A stretch of DNA of 63,931 nt, filler included, from Octopus bimaculoides (Eukaryota), in NCBI RefSeq assembly GCF_001194135.2. It is 7 parts of 7 records of this genome, joined end to end, with 100 filler letters (N's around TTAATTAATTAA, not from the genome) between each part and the next. Parts side by side here need not be neighbours in the genome. Positions count along the whole stretch, not along the records: positions 45,502 to 57,249 come from NC_069000.1; positions 57,350 to 58,726 come from NW_026439690.1; positions 58,827 to 62,408 come from NW_026368505.1; 4 more parts are not named here. One strand, 5' to 3'. Positions 50,911 to 61,656 of this stretch are shown piece by piece; positions within the stretch are counted from its first letter, which is position 1, and each line of letters begins with the position of its first letter. The notes beneath the pieces are model-generated. The model was given only the letters and a program-made list of their open reading frames with translations, had not been told where the DNA came from and did no database searches. A program made the translations under genes and the position numbers.

Positions 50911-52571
50911 TATTTCATGATAATTGACCATAAAGGCCTTACACAGAGGGGACAGCACAAGGTGGGGACAACAAAAGCAAAACGAATGGAATGAATGCAG
51001 TTATATAATGAATATGAAATGAAGTCGCTCGGCCCCACCTCCGAACGACTTCATTGAACCTGTTACTCCACCGTTTGTATTACCATTTGCAACACAGTTT
51101 ATACACCTTCTTCATTACTATTTATAACAGCAGTTTACCTTTTTTTAATTCAATATATCTATTTTATATTTTTTGAGAATGCCAAAATAACTCACCCTCT
51201 CTGCCATAGTACTTGTATTTATCTTCTTTTCCCACCACTTAAAATCTTCCACATACTTCTTCAATCTCGCCAGGTACTCCGGGTCCACCACCGCACATCG
51301 CATGTGCTCCGGCAACTCCCCCAGTCCTGTCGTAGCCACTTTAATTGCCGTATCCCATGTCTCTATTTCCTGGCACAGTTCCTCGTTTCGTCCATTGTAC
51401 AACACAATATATGTTCTCTCCTAGGGCAAGGGTTGTGGCTCCTGTGTGCTTATGTTTGTCGGGTGGGGCGTGGAGAGGGTTGGTGTCTCTTCCTCCTTTT
51501 CCTGCTCATTTTCTCCACCATTTCCCAGCTAGTATTCGCTTCTTCCTCCTCCTCGACGCTGGTGCCGGTCTTCTTCTGTGGTTCCACCTCACTTACTTCT
51601 TCCTCTACAGGCAGTGTAGCACCAACCACTTTTTCCTTCTGTCACTTCTTGTCCTTTTCTAGTAGCGGAGGACACCCCGCACTAATGTGGCCTTTCGAGC
51701 CACATTTATAACATCGAGGAATCCTTCCTTCCACTCTAACCTTTAAGGTCGACTCTCCCACTGTGATACTTTCGATCATTTTTTTTTATGTCCTCCTCCG
51801 CGATTTGCACCACCATGTCAAGGGTTTGTCTCTTCCAGTTCCTATGAGGTGTTCTGGTGGCCTGTAGGACCACCGCCTTCTCTTCCATTCCAAGTACTTT
51901 AGCAGCCACCAGCCAGGCTACACCCACCTCTTTAGGTATTTCCTCCATCCTAACCCTGGAAGCACGTCTCCCAAGGTATACGGGTAGAAGAACTACCTTA
52001 TTCGTTTCCAGCAGTGTTGCCGAGTGCAGCCTGGCGGTAGCTACCTTTTCGAACTGCACCTCTATCGTTCCAAATTTTTTTTTACCTCTGACAAGGTACG
52101 AAATCCCTAGCCAGACTGACCTTAACGCCTTTTCTACCTGTACCGTAGACATGTTCTCAATTTTTCTCTAAACTACCGTCCTATAAACTACCGTTCTTCA
52201 CGCTTTTTTTCTTTAAGACTTCTTCGGGGTGGGGGACACCTTCACTTCGTTCCCCTCCCTCTTCAGCATTCCCTTATACTTGCTTACATCTTCCAGCCTT
52301 AGGTCTTCGTACTTATCTTCCGTCGCTGCAGCGTAACTTCTATTTTCCATGGCTTTGTCTCTTTTCTTGAGGCACTCAACCATTTCTTCCTCAGACGACA
52401 CAGAGTCCGAGGACGGGCAGCTTTCAACGCTTGACACAGAACAACTCAAACTCTCGCAACTCCTCACTCGACCCCCCCCCTTCCCCATCACACAAGAAGA
52501 AAAACGTCGCACAGCCAAAAAACACGTCTATCTGACACAAATCCAACAAAACAAATGAACCACGGTAAACC
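50911..52571 (-). mobile_element. ORF1-only (HAL1-like) non-autonomous Tx1/L1-related retrotransposon, 1661 bp, with 15-bp TSD
   Basis: TSD ggaagcaagcttctt (50896-50910) / ggaagcgagcttctt (52572-52586). Decayed ORF1 from about 52490 to 51145 with a CYKCGSKGHISAGC knuckle. No EN or RT motifs found before the 3' end. Confidence 0.8.
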
Positions 52572-53171
52572 GGAAGCGAGCTTCTTACCACACAGCAACG
52601 CCTATGATGGGTATACTATTCCGGACGTGTGACCTGTACTCTAATGTTTGACTATGTGGATCACTAACTGTTGTTAGCTTTTAAACAGGCCACCTGTCTT
52701 TCGAAACTTTTCCTGTGTGTGAATATAGCTGCTGCGAGACAGCAGAAGTTTAAAGACAGAGTTTCTCAGTGTTTCACAGCAAGGCTAGAAATACTTTCTT
52801 ACTGAATATTATTGATTAATCCCTACATATTCTATGTTCTATGTTATATGACGTAATTTTTCTCCTACATTGCCAAGTCGGCAGCACGAGATAATTTATG
52901 CTGCAAATCGTCTCAGAGCGCTAACGTGGTTCTAACGGCAGTGAAACAAGTGAGACCCAACTAAGTTCAAATTATGATTCGGTTTTTAAGTCCTTGTGTT
53001 CTATTTAGGGCTTGTAACTCTATAATTGTTTCAGAGCTAGCTTATACATATTGTCTAATATAAAGTAAAATACTCTTTAATATTCTATGGTATATTTATA
53101 TACTATTTTACTCTTTCTCTTTCTCACTCTTTTTTCTTTTCTCCCTCCCTCCCTCCCTCTCTCTCTTTCTA

Positions 53172-53219
<48 letters not shown>

Positions 53220-53497
53220 GTTCTCTATGAGTATGTGTGTGCGTGTATATAGATAGATATAAATATATACATATACATACATATGTATATGCGTATATCT
53301 ACACACACATGTATACAAATACACACACACACACACTCATATATATAGACACATACATATATACATATATTTTTCTAATACATCGCCTAGACATAGCGAT
53401 ACTAATAACCCGGTTTTAGAACATAGTGTACATAGGCTTTAACATAAAGCATTAGTCGAGTACGGAGCATAATAGGAAACTAAATAAATGACAATAG

Positions 53498-53735
53498 AGA
53501 GCGGCGAGCTGGCAGATTCGTTAGCACGACGGGCGAAAAGCTTAGCGATATTTCGTCTGCCATTACGTTCTGAGTTCAAATTCTGCCGAGGTCGACTTCA
53601 CCTTTCATCCTTTCGGGATCGATTAAGTAAGTACCAGTTTACGCACTGGGGTGGATGTAATCGACTTAATCCCTTAGTCTGTCCTTGTTTGTCCCCTATA
53701 TGCTTAGCCCCCTGCGGGCAATAAAGAAATAAATA
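53498..53735 (+). mobile_element. SINE family A, long-tail variant (...gggcaataaagaaataa)
   Basis: Same tail as 22845-22912. Confidence 0.85.
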
Positions 53736-53883
53736 AATGACAATGGAACAGGAGATAATGCAATAAACTTCATTAGCTTACAGTTGTTTCTGCTACAAGA
53801 TGCAGTGAATCTTCTACCAGAAACATACATATACATCTATAGATAGATAGATTGATAGACATACACACGCACACACACACACA

Positions 53884-53994
<111 letters not shown>

Positions 53995-54104
53995 ATTTTC
54001 CTAGTTTGGCGATAATGATTCAGCTGTTCGATGAAGTGAGTTACTTACTCTTTGAATTCACGTCTACGAGACTGAGCGTTCCAGAGAAGCGTGTAACCTT
54101 CGCA

Positions 54105-54430
54105 ACTCGCAGCTATAATCAGGCTGACACAGAATGTTACAAGGTTGCACCTTTTGAATTACAGGCACAATTCACCCAACAGACTTCTCTACAGCAGTCT
54201 GTCTATCCAGTTTGACTTACAGAGTATGGGTCGATCCGAGGCTATAAGACATTTGTCCAAGGCGCCACAGTATAACCTTGTCACATTCTGTCACACTGAT
54301 TCCATCTGAGAATTTCGTTAAGTTCACACGTAAGCGCTCCACATGTTAAGGGTACACTTGTTGAATGACCAGAAGATTATTTACTTGATCGAACAACAGA
54401 ATCCTCGTCGTCGAGTGACGGATGACCTCG
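54105..54430. mobile_element. Inverted pair of SINE C-like fragments around a SINE B fragment
   Basis: ctgacacagaatgttacaaggtt (54123-54145) versus aaccttgtcacattctgtcacactg (54275-54298). Confidence 0.55.
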
Positions 54431-54641
54431 CCCCCTAATATATGTGTGTTTTTCTTTGATTTTTATTTAAGTTCTTGAGAGAGTTCAAGCCGGTCGCTAA
54501 CAAAGCGACAAGTCTTTTCTAGTTAAGAGTTCCTGATGTTTGTAAAAATGTGGTTGAGTTGGTGTGTTGGTTGAACTGCCAATGCATACACCCGTGTGTG
54601 TGTGTGTGCATCTATTCACATAAAAATCTCAGAGACTTTTT

Positions 54642-54673
<32 letters not shown>

Positions 54674-54758
54674 TGTATGAAAAAATAAGCTGAGAAAATA
54701 TAATCACGTAATATACTCTGTATACCAAGGCTGATCAAATCTTCTACCTCCTTTATAC

Positions 54759-54848
54759 CAGGGCTCCCCAAACTTTTTAAACTATCGACTCCTTCATGGA
54801 ATCCGTGATCCCCTCATCGAGCCCAGGCATGTACAAGAAAATAGATAG

Positions 54849-54901
<53 letters not shown>

Positions 54902-54989
54902 TAAGTAGATGTGCACTTATCGACCCCTTGAATAGTCCCATCGACTCCCCTCCCCCAGGGATCGATATCGACCACTTTGGAGACCTCTA
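54759..54989. mobile_element. Probable hAT-type MITE with internal (AAT)n
   Basis: Imperfect TIRs cagggctccccaaact / actttggagacctcta; flanks ctttatac / atttacac (6/8 match). Confidence 0.5.
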
Positions 54990-55127
54990 ATTTACACATT
55001 TGTATTTTCATACTAATGTGAGAATCCAATACATCATCATCATCATCATCATCGTTTTCGTTCTGGTTGCCATAATTACCATGACCACCATCGTCATAAT
55101 CCTTACCACTATTATTAGTTACCATTG

Positions 55128-55323
55128 TAAGGCGGCGAGCTGTCAGTATCATTAGCACGCCGGGCGAAATGCTCAGCGGTATTTCGTCTGCCGAAGTCGG
55201 CTTTGTCTTTCATCCTTTCGGAGTCGATTAGATAAGTACCAGTTACGCACAGGGGTCGATGTAATCAACTTAATCCCCTTCCCCAACCTACCCCTGTAAC
55301 AAAAATTTGAAATCATTATTATT
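55128..55323 (+). mobile_element. SINE family A with internal deletion
   Basis: Head, central domain and tail ...aaatttgaaatcattatt. Confidence 0.75.
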
Positions 55324-55324
55324 T

Positions 55325-57249
55325 ACCATTGTTTATTTGTGCTCATAATTTTCCTGTTCTTTGCTAAATAACGAGATTCCGTAAGCCCTAACTCACTTCT
55401 TTTTCTCTAACATGTAGTTTTCTCGTGGTTCATTTACCAGACACCATTTTGATTCGTCAAAAACCGAATAGCGGAACTATTTCCTTGTCGAGCTTCCACC
55501 ACTCGGGCCCATCCAGCGGCCTTGATTCCTTCACTTTCCATCGCACGTAACTTAGCTCTGGCAATACTTTTCATGTGTTGGGCTTCAAGATGCTGGTTCA
55601 ACTCCAGTCTTTCACTTGGTCTGCATTACCAGTCCTCCAGGCTTTTTCTAATTCCTAATCTCTTATTCTACGTCCCTTCTTAGCTAAACTTATGCTAAAC
55701 CTAATAGACTCATATTTTATGACTCTTTTTAGGGTGTACCACCATTTACTAATGACCTCTGTATTAACATCTCGATCCGCTTTCTGTACTCTTCAATCGC
55801 CAAAAAGGGACGTATTGAGTTTCCAGTTGCCAGATCCCTGTCTATGCAACTTATCTACTGTCATCTTGTGATCACTGTAGCAGACAAGATAAAACTGTGG
55901 ACACTTAGCTATGGACTTACCTGTTTTTCTAGTTAAAACCCTATCAAGATATGTTCTGGAAGACCCGTCACTATTTGACCACGTCTACTATGGAGTGTTC
56001 GGGTGTTCCAACCTATATGGATCTGCCAGCTGAAAGTGACTTAGCAGATCCCGTAAGCCAGGGTTTGGTCTTAGTTCGACCTGTTTTTGTTGATTTGAGC
56101 TTGCTATTTTTCTCTTGTTCTTAGTTGCTTTCTTTTCTTCTCTTTCTCTCTCTTCCCTCCTCCTCACCATTGGATTCTTCCTCACCGTCTCTACAGTGTT
56201 TTTTTTTTGCCCAGCTGGCCACACTGGAAACATCGGGGCTTACGCCCCTCGACGAATACGTTAAGGAATTCCTCCCCAATTTCTATTTTCTCCGGTAACT
56301 GTTCTAAAATTGACTGTTCTGCTTGTATTAGGAGGTGAACCGTTTGACCGGTCCAATATGCCTTTTCTGTGACGGTAGCCTGAAGAAGTGTTATATTATC
56401 TTCCTTTTTTGCCAGGACTGCAGTCATCAACCACATAGGGTCGACTTGCGGTGAGACCCTTGGTATACGTATCTTTGACGTCCTCATTCCCATATATATT
56501 GGAATTAAGACAGCGTCCTCCGTTTCTAAAGATTTAACTGAGTGCATTTGTGCAGTTTCTATATCTTTTAGTCGTACTTCGATAGTACCAAACTTCTTCC
56601 CTCTGGCTAGGTATGTGATATCCTGCCAGATGGGTTTCAAGCACTTCTCAACTTTCTCTTCACTCACTCGATCATTTTTTTCCCTTTTAGACAGTAAGAT
56701 TTTAAAATAATTGTTTTTCTTTTTTTCTAACATTAATAGTTCTTCCAGGGGTTGAACTTTCACAACACCGTCTTCAATTGTTATCATATCTTCGTACTTT
56801 ATCAGGTCATTTTTGTTTGTCGACAGTTGGCGGGTTCCACCTCCAGCCGCCGACGCAAAACTTCTTTTCTGCTTATTTTCTTCTGTTTGAAGGCTTTTCA
56901 CGCCAATATTCCTCTTTGCAACAGTACACATTGATGGTTGGGGAAATTCACTTTCAGAAGAATCCGAAATATCGGCAAATATTAAACTTTCAATCTTTTT
57001 TGCTTCCCTATCGGTTGACGACTCTTCGCCAGACGAAGTTACACTTTTCGGCATCTTGCCAGCAATTAATGTTTCCCCCACAGGGGAAAACACACGATAG
57101 TTTTCGAACGAAGACTATCACACAAATAATTATAACAGGAACAATAATTATAACAAGAAATAACACAAAAACAGTCAATAGAAACATGCACTTACTATAC
57201 AGACGCACTCCAATGATAATTACCAATAAATCCAAACTCACACAGACGA
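55325..57249 (-). mobile_element. Tx1/L1-like LINE 5' portion: ORF1 (from about 57054) fused by internal deletion to the C-terminal half of an APE endonuclease; no RT
   Basis: ORF1 KVEKCLKPIWQDITYLARGKKFGTIEV...CFQCGQLG. EN reads LADPYRLEHPNTP*WTWSNSDGSSRTYLDRVL...YSDHK...GSGNWKLNTSLL. 5' end lies in a gap. Confidence 0.85.
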
Positions 57250-57405
57250 NNNNNNNNNNNNNNNNNNNNNNNNNNNNNNNNNNNNNNNNNNNNTTAATTA
57301 ATTAANNNNNNNNNNNNNNNNNNNNNNNNNNNNNNNNNNNNNNNNNNNNATGTATGTATGTATGTATGTATGTATATATATATATATATATATACATATA
57401 TAAAG

Positions 57406-57436
<31 letters not shown>

Positions 57437-57592
57437 TATATCTATGTGGATGTGTGTCTTTATAGTCTGTACATCTCTGGATTTCAAAGATACTCTATAA
57501 GCAGCAAAGATTTCTTAAATAATGGTATTATTATGTTTGAAGATGTGATAGCATAGAAGATGAGTAATGATAAGTTATTTGGTATTTTGTTG

Positions 57593-57624
<32 letters not shown>

Positions 57625-57874
57625 GGTGGTGGTGGTGATGATGGTAGTGGTGGTGGTCGTATATCTTGGCCCAAGTCAACTTGGATCAACTTAGATTGAG
57701 CTGAGCTATGACCAAAAGTGTTTCATCATGACTATCCAATCGTTTTTTTGTAGATGTAATATAGTATACTAGGAGTACGTTATAAAATGTGTCCTATGCC
57801 TTGTTTAAAATGGCATGATGTATATTGATAAAGATTTGGTTGCTGTTTCAAGTCAAATGATGAATTAGAGCCAT

Positions 57875-57883
57875 CCATGTTGA

Positions 57884-57923
<40 letters not shown>

Positions 57924-58137
57924 TGTGCATGTGTGTGTGCATGTGTGTATCTGTGGGTGTCTGTGTGTGTATGTGTGTGCAGGCAAGCTTGTGTGTGTGT
58001 GTGCAAGCAAGAATGTGTGTGTGTGTGTGTGTCTGTGTGCATGTGTGTGTGCATGTGTGTGTATCTGTGGGTGGGTGTCTGTGTGTGTATGTGTGTGCAG
58101 GCAAGCATGTGTGTGTTTGTGTGTGTGCAAGCAAGAA

Positions 58138-58175
<38 letters not shown>

Positions 58176-58195
58176 TGCTTGTGTGTGTGTGTGTA
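57875..58195. repeat. (GT)-rich tract containing a higher-order duplication of about 100 bp
   Basis: gtctgtgcatgtgtgtgtgcatg...caggcaagc...gcaagcaagaatg occurs twice. Confidence 0.8.
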
Positions 58196-58826
58196 GTGAA
58201 TTAGGAAAAAAGAATAAATTAAGCCTATCGAAATTCTCAATTATTCAAACAAAATTTTTTTTTAATAATTTTATATTCCTTTCTCTTTTTCAAATATTTT
58301 TTTTTTCACATCCTTTGGCAATTTAATAATAAATTAATTAACAAATTAAATAATTAAGCTAGGATTGATCAAAGAATACATTTTATATAGTTTTAAATCA
58401 AATGTACTGGCAAATAATGACTCTTGTGTTTGCTTGTTTATTACTCTATTCCCTGGTAGTTACCCTCTTCTTTTATATCCTCCATTCAATTTACCTGTAC
58501 CCTTCTATTTTCCCCTACTTAGTTCATTTACCATTGGCCCATATATTTTTCTACATTTCCACTTAGTGTTTTACAACAGTTTTTTTTTAATAAATATTTT
58601 CTATTTCATGTTTTATTTCATATTGTGTAATATGTATAAGAAAAGAGGGAAGAATGGATGGGTCTCTGAATGTATACATACACACACGTGTGTGTGTGCG
58701 TGCGTGTGTGCATGTATATATATATTNNNNNNNNNNNNNNNNNNNNNNNNNNNNNNNNNNNNNNNNNNNNTTAATTAATTAANNNNNNNNNNNNNNNNNN
58801 NNNNNNNNNNNNNNNNNNNNNNNNNN

Positions 58827-58873
58827 AGCATGGAAAGCGGACGTTAAACGAAGATGATGATGATGATGATGAT
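58827..58873 (+). mobile_element. SINE family D 3' tail
   Basis: agcatggaaagcggacgttaaacga(a)gatgatg, matching 8452-8500 in reverse. Confidence 0.75.
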
Positions 58874-58880
58874 GTATATA

Positions 58881-59088
58881 TCTTAATATACATCAATGGA
58901 ATTTTCTCGATGTGAACTTTCCAGTGCAGTAATTAGATTTTTAAAATTCTGTTTACTTTGTGTGATTTAAGGGAGATTTGGCTGTTGTTTCTAGCAACTT
59001 TTATATTTCTTCCATTCTACCTGTACCGGCGTTCTTACATGTCGATCATGCACTCAATATATAATATAGAGAGTAAGAGTAAAAGAGG

Positions 59089-59129
<41 letters not shown>

Positions 59130-60491
59130 TGATACATACAAAGTCATAGATTAACTTGCTTTAAGACTATTCTTTCCTTCTATCTTACTTCGTTCTTATT
59201 CCTCTCTCCCATTTAAATAGCTTTCTTCTATCCCTCTACCTCTAACTATCCACGTGACTTGGTCATCTGGGGCTTATCTCCATTTCTCTACTTCGACCAT
59301 TGTCTGTCTGCATGTTCAGCGTCCTTGTCTTCTCTTAGTATTTTTTACATATTTTTCATAACATACAAACGTAAAAACACACATGACCATACATATGTGA
59401 TCTGTGACAACAACATACACATCAACATTATAGATATAAGATTTACTTTGTGTGTGTTTCTTATATAAACACGCGCACGCATGTTATTTTATAACTGTCT
59501 TCCATTCTCCCTTCCTCTCTTTCTCTCTCTTCATTCATTCCGTTCTCTATTCCTTTCTCTCCCTCTCTCTCTCTTCTCTCTCGCTCTCTCAAACGCATAC
59601 ACGTGCGCGTACACACAAGCATTCACTACATGACTAATGCTCGTCAATGTTTTGTAAATATACAAACTACAGAGCTTATGTAGACAGGACAACACATTGC
59701 AAATCAGTGAACTTCATTAGAAATGTGGGTAAGTTTTCAGATTAACACCCGCACAATTTTCACTAGGATGTTAGGGTCAGGGTTAGGGTTTTAAGGTTAG
59801 GGTGAGGGTTACGGTTAGGGTTAGTGTTATGGTTTTAGGGTCAGGGTTAGGGTTTTAGGCTTTAGGGTTACGTTTAGGGTTAGGGTTAGGTAATTGTGCG
59901 GGTCTGAAAAATTACCAAAATGTGAAAACTACCGACCCTGCCATCTATTATAACTTTTGTTGTTCTGTTTAATATATACATAGATTATGCTTTCAAAGAA
60001 GAGAGTTTGCTGGGGAAAGAAAGCAACCGGTTTAAAAAGACAGCAACAGACTGCAGAAATTCACCACATTCCAGAAGCTACTTTGAACATAATGCAAAAT
60101 GGTGTATCAACATCTTCTGCCCAATCTGATAGAATTCTGGCAGAACTGTGTAGCAACAGATCTCCAGCAATTGCTTCATCAGAAATTGCCGTCCTACCTC
60201 CTGCGAAAAGGAATTACCCTGCTATGTATAATCAGGGCAGCGCAAAAAGTTGTTTTACACAAGCATTTCTATAGCCAATTAGACGGATGAAATTTACGTA
60301 CACTTAATGTTATGCAAAACAGCCTTCAAACTTTCCCTATTAATTTCATCATCTTTTGAATTATGAACATATTTACATCATAAGGGTTTTTTCGTTGTAA
60401 GGCTTTCTTTTTTAGTTGATTTTCACCTAGCAAGACTTATCGTAGATGGCGTAATAAGTCACACCCGGACAACGTCGGGTTATACTGCTAG
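58881..60491 (+). mobile_element. Non-autonomous Helitron-like unit, copy 1
   Basis: 3' hairpin acccgg-acaacg-tcgggt (60463-60480), 7 nt, then CTAG|T (60488-60491); colinear with 62509-62678 and 62770-63931. Confidence 0.7.
59728..59916. mobile_element. MITE with GG...CC TIRs, 8-bp TSD and internal degenerate (TTAGGG)n (Merlin-like)
   Basis: TIRs ggtaagttttcagattaacacccgcacaatt / aattgtgcgggtctgaaaaattacc; TSD gaaatgtg / aaaatgtg. Confidence 0.7.
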
Positions 60492-60499
60492 TATTCATA

Positions 60500-61480
60500 T
60501 ATATGTAACAACACACAGACAAAGACACCCCTTATAATTTATGTGGTTGTAAGGACAGGAATAAATGCAATTTCTCCAATAGATGTAAGACTGAAAATGT
60601 AGTTTACCAATGTGATGTACGCACAAACGGCCATATTAGTTCTTACATTGGGACCACGAAAAACCAAATACGCCTCAGATACAATGAACACCGATCTAGC
60701 TTTAGAAATAGAAAGAAGGCAAATTCAACAGAACTTAGTATCTATATCTGGGAATTAAAGGACAATAATATAGCATACAAACTAAAATGGCAGATACTCA
60801 GAACAGCAAATTCTTATAACTTAATTAACAGACGTTGTGATCTCTGCCTAACTGAACGCCTCGAAATCCTAACGGCTACAATACATCTTCTAAACAAAAA
60901 ATACGAAAATAACAATTTGTCTACACACTACAAAATTTTCATTTTACAAGTATAATTACATGTTAAAAAATTTTTATTATTTAAGTATAATCAAATATGC
61001 ACTAGGACAGAGTTAGCTCCCTCTTCCCCAAAACTTACAGTTACTCCCCTTTACTAACACCGCCGGTGCTAAAAAACAATAACATTCGCTCGAATTTTAA
61101 AAACATCCATGTGCGTAATGCACTTGACTAAGATTGGAAATACGGACTTAAACAGCACCCACCCTACCTCTCCTTCGCAGAAATATTATTAACCCTGATT
61201 TCGACTAAAATGTAAGACTCCCTATACCTTACCTCTATTCTCATACTATTATATGCATCCTTTTACATTAGTATATCCCTTATCTTCTATTCCTGCATCC
61301 CTCACACCAGGCACTTAAACAGACTCCTCAACATTCTGAAGAGATCTGCCAATCAAATTGGCAAATCGAAACGATCGTAAATGTAACATTACATAATCTC
61401 CACCAGAATTGATTAAATTAATGGCTAACTAGCGCAATCAACCTGCTTCTTCCTGTGTTTGTTTCTCCATTCTCTACATA
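60500..61480 (+). mobile_element. 5'-truncated Penelope-like element: open GIY-YIG frame (about 60500-60955, no ATG) with a CxCx5C linker, plus 3' UTR/pseudo-LTR
   Basis: CGCKDRNKC...ENVVYQC...SYIGTT...RYNEHRSSF...TELSIYIWELK...CDLCLTERLEI...LLNKK; missed by the ORF track. Confidence 0.85.
61331..61384 (+). ncRNA. Type I hammerhead ribozyme (predicted cleavage after GUA, 61379)
   Basis: Stem I ACATT/AATGT; core CTGAAGA; stem II gatctgccaat-caa-attggcaaatc (10/11 paired); GAAAC; palindromic GATC loop; GTA. Confidence 0.85.
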
Positions 61481-61501
61481 ATTATACTTATGTGTGTGTT
61501 T

Positions 61502-61539
<38 letters not shown>

Positions 61540-61588
61540 AAAAAAAAGTCAAGGCAGAAAATGCTAAAATAATTTTATAAGAAAAACA

Positions 61589-61630
61589 TTTCAGTACCGG
61601 TTTCAGTCATTGAGGCTTTTTCAACTGAAA
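61589..61630 (-). ncRNA. Degenerate hammerhead in a probable inverted pseudo-LTR
   Basis: Minus strand tttcag-TTGAAAA-agcctcaatgact-GAAAC-CG-GTA-ctgaaa; the core has two mismatches to CUGANGA. Confidence 0.55.
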
Positions 61631-61656
61631 GTATAGAAAACAATTAAATTTTGGAA

